DNA of 64,000 bases. Source: a virus. Taxonomy: Duplodnaviria > Caudoviricetes. Numbering within the stretch: the stretch's first letter is position 1; each line of letters starts with the position of its first letter. Shown piece by piece: positions 1 to 7,362 of the stretch. The position numbers were made by a program, and so were the translations under genes. The notes below the pieces were generated by a model, which made no database searches, had not been told where the DNA came from, and worked only from the letters and a program-made list of their open reading frames with translations. The DNA is taken from IMG/VR virus record IMGVR_UViG_3300031760_000044, positions 5,220 to 69,219 of that record, one strand, 5' to 3'.

Positions 1-1192
1 CAACGTAATTTCCGTTGCTGACATTACCTAACGTTATAGAATCACCATTGTCAGCATCTATAAGTGACACATTGCTGATATGGTTTCTGATAGAGTTTCC
101 ATAATCTGTTTGCAATTCAACTGAATCAACAAGTGTTCCACCGCTAATCGTTGAAGCGAGAGTCTGCGTATCTGCTGACGAATTGATGTTTATATTGATA
201 CAAAGCAAACGCGACGTTTGGGTTACGGCATAAACCGTTGTACCCTCGCTGTAATTCCTTTGTGCTTTTCGAGCGAGAAGCATAAGTTCCTTTGTGAAAG
301 ATGTTCCCGAAACTAACACCCAATGGTCAGACATATATAAAAACTCGCCAAGTTTCTTATCAATTGAATTTAATAGATAATATAAACTTCCGTCCGTGCT
401 GGAGTTTTGTGGAGGTACATAACCATAGGATATAGAACTGCCACCGCTTCCGCCACTACTGGAAACCTTATCCATGACAATCCAATCAATTTGACCGTAG
501 GTCTGACCCGAATTCGTATAAACATTAAATGTCAGCGTGTCATTTGCAGAGTCATAAACAACTGTTTGATCTTGCACTACTATTATTCCACCCCACGATG
601 TTAAAGGAAGTGCGTTTGTGGCAAATACAACGGGATCCGTGTATTTGTTCTGTAAATTTAAAACAATCTGTGTGTTATCATATATCTCAACGTTAGTTTG
701 ATGTATTACCTCATGCTTGACAACTCCACCAACACTTCCGCTTCCTCCGAGGGATAAAATATCACAATAAATATTTCGCCAATTACCCGAATAATATGTA
801 AGTCCCGCCGTAGTACTTGTAATTTGCAGTTGCCAATTTCCAATAGAAAGAGTCTGCGTGGTTCCGTTCCATTCCATATAGTTGTAGTAGGTAGAACCAA
901 GGGAGTCATTTACCACGACAAGGTAATACCCGTTAACAAGGGTTTTATCAAGGTTGCAAGTAACATATGTTCCACCACTTGAACCGATTAATCCGTCATT
1001 GAGGTAGTATTCTCCACCGCCACCAGTAACGTTGATCACAGTCTGATCATTAGCCGAGTCATCCATTACAGAAGCCGAACCCGTAAACTTGAGCTTTGAG
1101 CGGTTTGGCATAGTGGTTCCGTTTGGGTCAATTATGGTATGACCGCCACCGCCGCCAGAATATTTTATTCCATTTGACACTAACTGACCCAT
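1..1192 (-). CDS. Tail fibre / adhesin-like protein, truncated by the left window edge
   Basis: Not in the ORF track because it runs off the edge. I translated it from ATG 1192 (RBS AAAGGAG upstream): MGQLVSNGIKYSGGGGGHTIIDPNGTTMPNRSKLKFTGSASVMDDSANDQTVINVTGGG..., open to base 2. Gly/Ser/Thr-rich; shares modules with the two neighbouring genes. Confidence 0.7.
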   Translation of the reverse strand, partial: MGQLVSNGIKYSGGGGGHTIIDPNGTTMPNRSKLKFTGSASVMDDSANDQTVINVTGGGGEYYLNDGLIGSSGGTYVTCNLDKTLVNGYYLVVVNDSLGSTYYNYMEWNGTTQTLSIGNWQLQITSTTAGLTYYSGNWRNIYCDILSLGGSGSVGGVVKHEVIHQTNVEIYDNTQIVLNLQNKYTDPVVFATNALPLTSWGGIIVVQDQTVVYDSANDTLTFNVYTNSGQTYGQIDWIVMDKVSSSGGSGGSSISYGYVPPQNSSTDGSLYYLLNSIDKKLGEFLYMSDHWVLVSGTSFTKELMLLARKAQRNYSEGTTVYAVTQTSRLLCINININSSADTQTLASTISGGTLVDSVELQTDYGNSIRNHISNVSLIDADNGDSITLGNVSNGNYV

Positions 1193-1204
1193 AGCATTTC
1201 TCCT

Positions 1205-2302
1205 TTAATCCGTTGTTTTTGTGTATTGAATAGTGAATCTCATTCGAGATATTGAATCGTTTCGGAATAAGCAAATATACATGATAGAATCTCGGAAGTT
1301 ATCGTATCTTGCCTTGAAGTAGTACCAATCATCAGCCTCGATTGAGTTGGCATAGTAGGTTATGTCATTCGCTCCCGAATGTCGAACGGCATACCCAAAT
1401 AAATAGGGGCATTCATCAATACTTAACGAGGTTAGGTCTACCAAATGCTCGTTGCTATCATTGACGGGGTTTGCTACATCTACCGTAATTTGATACAACG
1501 GTTTTCCGTCAATCCATGTCCCTATCACTTGTTCATTGGTCGAGTAATGATGAGTAGGTGTAGCCGTTGGAGTCCATGTTCCACTTCCAGCGGTGTCTGT
1601 GTTTTTGGTATATCTCAAAGTGATAACAAAGTCTGAAATTGTCGCAAAGCCCGAACCCTTGTATATAAATATCGTGTTGTTGGATGGTTTATAGCCACCA
1701 TATAAACAATATGTCGAGTCCTCTGTATAAGGAAATTCATAGATAGAATTATCATTTGCGGGAAATCTGAATTTTCCCGTTATGTCTTTACAATCTATCC
1801 CCGACAATCCGCTATTAATATCGTTCCACCCCGTATTGAGATTAGATGTATCAATAACAAAACTCTTTTGGTATAGTGGTTTTCCGTCTACCCAACAACC
1901 AACCTCACGTTCGGTAGTTGAATAACAAGCACTTGCATACTCTGATAAGAATGTAACTTGTGAACCCATTTGCACACCATAGACAATATAATCAGTATTT
2001 GTCGTATAGGTGGAACTGATAGTAAGAGTCTGTCCTTTCTTTAACATTAAAGGGAGACCTTGCATTATAATAGAACCAGCACCATTCCAACCGCCAACTA
2101 CATTATGTCCGTCAATTTGCATCGTACAACCAGTATTTTCAGCCATAGCCATAGACGTATATACGAAACAATCTTGCGTGGCGGTATAGGAGAAATTTCC
2201 TGAGTGTGTTCCGCTTGTTATCACATTATCCGTGTCGATAAATACTCCTTGTGCATCTATCAGACCACTATAATTTCTTCCGTTTAAAATTAACTTTCCC
2301 AT
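1205..2302 (-). CDS. Tail fibre / receptor-binding-like protein with two tandem YST..DGKPLYQ...YTKxTD domains
   Basis: 365-aa ORF with RBS, internally duplicated beta-rich domain, located in the structural cluster. Confidence 0.7.
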   Translation of the reverse strand: MGKLILNGRNYSGLIDAQGVFIDTDNVITSGTHSGNFSYTATQDCFVYTSMAMAENTGCTMQIDGHNVVGGWNGAGSIIMQGLPLMLKKGQTLTISSTYTTNTDYIVYGVQMGSQVTFLSEYASACYSTTEREVGCWVDGKPLYQKSFVIDTSNLNTGWNDINSGLSGIDCKDITGKFRFPANDNSIYEFPYTEDSTYCLYGGYKPSNNTIFIYKGSGFATISDFVITLRYTKNTDTAGSGTWTPTATPTHHYSTNEQVIGTWIDGKPLYQITVDVANPVNDSNEHLVDLTSLSIDECPYLFGYAVRHSGANDITYYANSIEADDWYYFKARYDNFRDSIMYICLFRNDSISRMRFTIQYTKTTD

Positions 2303-2313
2303 AAGTTACCTCT

Positions 2314-3645
2314 TTAATCAGTTGTTTTTGTGTACTGAATAGTAACAAAGCCTGAATAAACATTCATCCACGATTCCTTTGTCTTAACAGTTATGTTTGT
2401 TCGGTCACTTTCCAACTGTACGCCATAAGTCAGCGAGTCAACATTAATGCTGGGCAACGACAGAAACGTATAAGAACTATTATAAGCAAAGCCCTTGCAT
2501 GAAACGATCAAATTAAGGTCAGCGACACCGTGAGCGACGGTCTTTGTGTCGTTTGATGGCAAAGAGCCAATATCAACCGTTTTTTGATAGAGTGGTTTTC
2601 CCGTCACCCACGTTCCCACCACTTGCTCACTCGTTGAATAGTGAGCGGCTGGCACTCCACTCGGAGTCCAATTACCGCTACCAGCCGCATCAGTAGTCTT
2701 TGTGTACTGATATGTGCATACAAATTTGACACTGCTTTGCCATTCGCTATAACTCGTATTTCGTTTGACAAGACATTTGTAATGACCAGACGTTGCCTCC
2801 CATAAATATTCCCAAAAATTAACGTTCACCCACCATGTATGAACAATATCACCAAGAGAATTTATAAAATATGCATCTTTTGTTACTTTGATTTCTTCAA
2901 GTGAGCCGCAATCCAATGCCTCTTGTACATTTGATGTGTTTGTACAATCATAGACAAATGTTTTCTGATAAAGCGGTTTTCCGTCTTTCCAACAACCTAT
3001 CTGCCTTTCAGACGTTGAATAGCAGTCTCCAAGCCCTACCAACTTGCTATCGGCTGGTGAGTATTCATCTTTAATTGCTCTTAATACTCCGTCTGTAAGT
3101 TTGGTATTGGGCAACGCATCATACTCGGCTTGTGTCATTTCCTCGATTTCAGCACCACCACCAGTAATATCTACAATGGTTTTATCGTTTGTCTCATCGT
3201 CAACTATATTTGCATCGCCAGTAAACTGTAGAAAACTTCTTTGCGGATACACAACATCTTCTGAATCAAGAATGATATGTTTATCCTCAGTGTCGCTAGA
3301 CGGCACATCTTCGAGCATATAGATTTTATTATCTGATAATTTTGTATTAGGTAAAGCATCGTACTCGGCTTTGGTTAAATGTACTATATCGCTGCCACCC
3401 GCATCTGCATTTTCCCACTTTTGAGTAGTAGAGTTATATTTAATTATTTGTTCATCTGATAGGTTTGTTAAATTGACATCTGTTAATTGTGCCAGTGTCG
3501 ATGACCCACCAGTTGCAGTACCAACTATGGCTGCGCCACTCCGATCATGAGCCGTCTCTCCAGCCATAAGCGTACTTGGCGTAACAGTATCTTCTGTTAA
3601 GTCTATTAGAGTTTGTCCGCCAAACTCCACTTTATTAATAGCCAT
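2314..3645 (-). CDS. Tail fibre / receptor-binding-like protein (MAINKV N-terminus, two AEYDALPNTKL repeats, two C-terminal YST...YTKTTD domains)
   Basis: 443-aa ORF. N-terminus is paralogous to 3665..4252; C-terminal domains are paralogous to 1205..2302. Confidence 0.7.
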   Translation of the reverse strand: MAINKVEFGGQTLIDLTEDTVTPSTLMAGETAHDRSGAAIVGTATGGSSTLAQLTDVNLTNLSDEQIIKYNSTTQKWENADAGGSDIVHLTKAEYDALPNTKLSDNKIYMLEDVPSSDTEDKHIILDSEDVVYPQRSFLQFTGDANIVDDETNDKTIVDITGGGAEIEEMTQAEYDALPNTKLTDGVLRAIKDEYSPADSKLVGLGDCYSTSERQIGCWKDGKPLYQKTFVYDCTNTSNVQEALDCGSLEEIKVTKDAYFINSLGDIVHTWWVNVNFWEYLWEATSGHYKCLVKRNTSYSEWQSSVKFVCTYQYTKTTDAAGSGNWTPSGVPAAHYSTSEQVVGTWVTGKPLYQKTVDIGSLPSNDTKTVAHGVADLNLIVSCKGFAYNSSYTFLSLPSINVDSLTYGVQLESDRTNITVKTKESWMNVYSGFVTIQYTKTTD

Positions 3646-3664
3646 AGTCTCTCCTTTAAATCAA

Positions 3665-4252
3665 TTAAACAGTTTGTACGTCACCAATACTCGCAGTATA
3701 TCCACCAGCAGCATTCAGAGTTTCGGTATAAGAAATAGCATTAACTACTACTTGAGACAAATAATCATAACCCTGATCTGGTAATACAGTCTGCTGAGTT
3801 GTATAAGGTGTAACAGTCTTGGCCTGAGCAGTGGATCCACCGCCAGAATACGTACCAGTTACACCGAGAATTTCTACTCCATTTTTAATATTTTCCGCAA
3901 TAATCTTTGCTTGCTCTGTTGCATTAATCTGCACAGTTCCAGAGCCATCGTGATAGCCTTGCGGAACGGTTACCACCTGAGCCTTCATGCTTATGTTTTC
4001 ATTAATGGCTCCACGATTGGGCATTGTACCTACAAGCTGGGCGCCCCTTGCGTGTGCAGTTTTACCACTAAGTAACTCTGCAACAAGTGCGGTGTCTTCG
4101 CTGGTATCTGAATCGTTAGTATTAGTACCAGTAATAGTAGCACCGCTGGCATCATGCGCAGTTACGCCATTTGCAAGATCAGCAGCTGTAATTGTATCTG
4201 CCGTAAGATCTATAAGTACGTCGTTTCCAAATACGACTTTATTAATAGCCAT
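3665..4252 (-). CDS. Tail fibre-associated structural protein
   Basis: MAINKVVFGNDVLIDLT... start chosen at ATG 4252 behind GGAGG; the ORF track extends it to 4267. Confidence 0.6.
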   Translation of the reverse strand: MAINKVVFGNDVLIDLTADTITAADLANGVTAHDASGATITGTNTNDSDTSEDTALVAELLSGKTAHARGAQLVGTMPNRGAINENISMKAQVVTVPQGYHDGSGTVQINATEQAKIIAENIKNGVEILGVTGTYSGGGSTAQAKTVTPYTTQQTVLPDQGYDYLSQVVVNAISYTETLNAAGGYTASIGDVQTV

Positions 4253-4256
4253 ATCA

Positions 4257-4628
4257 TCATCCTCCAATAATAAAAGTCACACCCTTAGTATTACTTGTTT
4301 CGTAATGAGGTATTTCTTCGACAACTATATTATCCATAAGTATCTTCTGACTAGTGTTAAGCTGGACACTCTCATAAGGCTTTGGAGTTATAATGGTTTC
4401 TCCGCGATATACTGGAAGCCCTCCAGTATTTCTTTCCTCGCTCACCTTTAATTTTATAGGTGCTTCTTTCCCAACTTTTAAACTAATCGTATTTTGTTTT
4501 GCTACCTTTAACTGTATAAGGGCAGTATCATCTTTAACTTTCAACTTTATTGGAGAATCATCAATTTCTAATTTTATTAATTGAGCATTATCTACTTTTA
4601 ATGGGATTTTAATTTCTGATGGTTCCAT
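4257..4628 (-). CDS. Hypothetical structural protein with repeated IxLKV motifs
   Basis: 123-aa ORF tightly packed between its neighbours. Confidence 0.55.
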   Translation of the reverse strand: MEPSEIKIPLKVDNAQLIKLEIDDSPIKLKVKDDTALIQLKVAKQNTISLKVGKEAPIKLKVSEERNTGGLPVYRGETIITPKPYESVQLNTSQKILMDNIVVEEIPHYETSNTKGVTFIIGG

Positions 4629-4629
4629 A

Positions 4630-4935
4630 TTAGATCACCCCATCTTTTAATACATTCTCCACATCTATACTAGAAATTGTAGTAGCATAAGCCAAATCGT
4701 CGTTTGTCTTAAATCTGACTTGCACAGAACAACTTCTACCATTAATTGCCAAAGTGTCTTCTTGTGAAAGAGGCACTTCAATAGTTTTATTTGCATCATC
4801 TATTACAACATCAGCCAACGTCTTGTTGACTTCTGCATTAGCCGTCTTAAAAGTAACCCACATTTCAGTAAGGTTGGCAAGAGATACATCCGTGTCTAAT
4901 TCTAAAGTTAGAGTCGGTGTAGTTCCTCTATACAT
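4630..4935 (-). CDS. BppU-like baseplate upper protein N-terminal domain
   Basis: MYRGTTPTLTLELD...LSQEDTL...VQVRF pattern typical of Firmicute phage baseplate Ig-like domains; RBS AGGAGG before ATG 4935. Confidence 0.5.
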   Translation of the reverse strand: MYRGTTPTLTLELDTDVSLANLTEMWVTFKTANAEVNKTLADVVIDDANKTIEVPLSQEDTLAINGRSCSVQVRFKTNDDLAYATTISSIDVENVLKDGVI

Positions 4936-5198
4936 ATTGAATACCTCCTTTTGTATATAATTAAAATGACGGGGCATTCGCCCCGTCTGCTGTAATTATT
5001 TATGCCCTATAGGCACTGTAGCGGCAATATCAGGTTATGAACCTATATATCGCCTATACGCTCGTTTAACGTCACCACGCAGGACGCATGTCGTTTCCGA
5101 CAAGGAATTTTACATTGACTCGGCAAGGGAATAACTGTCCCCCACAGTATTGGATTGGGATTTGTTTAGCCTTTTTACTCCACGCCAATGCAATAAAA

Positions 5199-5265
5199 GG
5201 TGCCGCAGGGAATCGAACCGCCGCATTAACTGGCGCGCCTTGTATGCGCATCTGCCACCAGCACC
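5199..5265 (-). ncRNA. Degenerate tRNA-like RNA lacking a D stem
   Basis: Minus strand: GGTGCTG/CGGCACC 7-bp acceptor, GCGC-ATACAAG-GCGC stem-loop, GG-TTCGATT-CC T-loop. The T stem pairs poorly. Confidence 0.35.
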
Positions 5266-5375
5266 ATGATGCACCCCTCCCACCTATAGGACATAAGTGA
5301 GAAAGGTGCCAACGGAAAGAAAAATGAAAATAAAATAAGGGCGGATTTACACCCGCCCCTAGTAACAAGCTTTAT

Positions 5376-6581
5376 TTAATTCAATTTGTATGTATATTCA
5401 CATACTTTACCTTTGCCTCTTTCAAATACAAACAGTGAAGCACCAGCATTTGAAGTTCTGTTTAATGACATACCATAAGGATCCACACCGATAATGCTGC
5501 GAATATGAATTGCTTCCGCATCCATGCCGACTTCAACGGCGTCTGCATGGTGCTTATGTCCAGCAATGATATAATCAACACTTGCATTATAAGCACGAGA
5601 CAAATCATTAATTGCCACACCTAAATTCTTAACTTCACCATGAATACCAAGGATCTTCGAACCAGCAAAGTCACCATAATTCATACCAGTAGGATTCTCA
5701 GTAATGGTTATGTTGGGATTATTCTTAAGTCTCTCCTTAAGGAATGAGCTAATGACCTTGCTCATATTCTCGTCGGGAAATGCATTCTTGGGTGCGCCAC
5801 AAAGTCTAAGCTGGTTATGATTACTATCAACTACCATCTGGAAATCAATTGCCACATATTTGCTAAGTTCGCTCAGCCAGTTGGCTACATACTCAGCATA
5901 AAGTAGCGATGACTCGATTACTCCATAACGCAGTTGCATAAGCTGCGAATTAAGACGAAGCATACCCTGAATGGCATCGCCCAGCTCCCATACAGAAATC
6001 TTTATAATGCCCTCTTTCTTAATAGTCATAACAACCTCAGATAAAAGAGTGTTCATTCTTTCTACGAAAATCTCAGGGCTATAAGCATTAATTACATTTC
6101 CAAAGAGATCCTTAATCTCAAATTCAATGCCATAGTGCGCATCGGCAAAACAGAGAAGATATTCTTTATCATTCTCAGTAACCTCGATACGTTTGGGTAT
6201 GGCAATAGGTGGAAGTTCCTTAATGGCTTGCTTAATGTGTTCCATAATAAGCTCGTCTCTGGCCGCCTCTCTAAGGTTCTTGTTGAGCTCAAGCTTTTCA
6301 GTCTGAATCTTATATCTCTCTTTTCTAAGATCAAGAATCTGGTTGCCAAGTTCAGTTCCAACCAACCTATCTTCCATATATTTTCTGACGGCATAACCGC
6401 CGAAGATCGTGCCATTCGCTTTTCTCAATACGTCAGTTGCATAAGGTATATTGTACTTATTGCGAATCTCTTCCCAGTCAAGATCAGATGATCCGTCAAG
6501 TTTGTCTTGTATATCTGTTAAACACTGTTCATATTCTTCTTCACTCATGCCGAGCTTCTGAAGTTCTGCCGTTATATCCAT
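5376..6581 (-). CDS. Calcineurin-like metallophosphoesterase
   Basis: Motifs DAHYG, GDAIQG, SNH, GIHGE, GHKHH; N-terminal coiled coil. Confidence 0.8.
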   Translation of the reverse strand: MDITAELQKLGMSEEEYEQCLTDIQDKLDGSSDLDWEEIRNKYNIPYATDVLRKANGTIFGGYAVRKYMEDRLVGTELGNQILDLRKERYKIQTEKLELNKNLREAARDELIMEHIKQAIKELPPIAIPKRIEVTENDKEYLLCFADAHYGIEFEIKDLFGNVINAYSPEIFVERMNTLLSEVVMTIKKEGIIKISVWELGDAIQGMLRLNSQLMQLRYGVIESSLLYAEYVANWLSELSKYVAIDFQMVVDSNHNQLRLCGAPKNAFPDENMSKVISSFLKERLKNNPNITITENPTGMNYGDFAGSKILGIHGEVKNLGVAINDLSRAYNASVDYIIAGHKHHADAVEVGMDAEAIHIRSIIGVDPYGMSLNRTSNAGASLFVFERGKGKVCEYTYKLN

Positions 6582-6591
6582 TTAATCTCCT

Positions 6592-7218
6592 TTATTTAAA
6601 TATCTGTTTAAGACTTATATCTTCGCCTATGATCTTATGTACGATTCCAAGTTCCTTAGCGGTGTCTGCATACATCCACCACTCACGATCATCGTTTTCC
6701 TTATAAAGTTCCTCGCTTATATCTGTGTTGCTAATGACATGCTGCTTTACACGCTCATTCATTGAGTCGAAGAATTTCATAGTATCCTTAGCCTTATTAT
6801 TGGAGTTAGATAAATCTACCCCGCCATCATGCTGTAAGAAAATACTATTTTTGAACGCATAGCGTTCAGGGGCTGACAGATAGATGTAGTACGCAGCCGA
6901 TGCCACAAGACCGAGAGCAATTGTTCTCACTGGGGTCTCAGACGCGGCGATCACATCCATAATGTTCCCAGCTGTATACATGTCACCACCCATACTATGG
7001 ATAATAATAGTAATAGGCTGTCTGTCTCTCTTTGCCAGTGGAAGATCTTCAAGGTTCCACTGAAGGATCCATGCTGACACATCCCTAAGCAGTGGAACGT
7101 CCACCTCGTTATCAAAGATAATTATTCTGTTCGACAGAAACCAAGCTTGCTGCTTGTCCCAAATCGAAGTGTCGTCATTTGTAAAAATAGACGCAATATC
7201 AATTACTTTACCGTTCAT
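6592..7218 (-). CDS. clpP: ClpP-family serine protease subunit
   Basis: IHSMGGD, ALGLVASAA (nucleophile Ser), FLQHD (His), and WWMYADTAKELGIVHKI, which matches the ClpP C-terminal pattern. Confidence 0.8.
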   Translation of the reverse strand: MNGKVIDIASIFTNDDTSIWDKQQAWFLSNRIIIFDNEVDVPLLRDVSAWILQWNLEDLPLAKRDRQPITIIIHSMGGDMYTAGNIMDVIAASETPVRTIALGLVASAAYYIYLSAPERYAFKNSIFLQHDGGVDLSNSNNKAKDTMKFFDSMNERVKQHVISNTDISEELYKENDDREWWMYADTAKELGIVHKIIGEDISLKQIFK

Positions 7219-7362
7219 TCAAGTTTCCTCCGTATATTCCCATATGTTGTGGGTGGCAATAGCGCCACCCTCTTCATATGGTAACTTTAGTTTTGTATTA
7301 AAACCCCAGTATTTATGCGGCTTCCAGCCGATTCGATACCTTGAGGGGTACCCAAAAATGGG

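Noticed and set aside
1205-3645. Diversity-generating retroelement acting on the repeated tail-fibre domains
   Set aside because: The repeats differ at all four bases and by indels rather than only at adenines, and no reverse transcriptase is present in the window.
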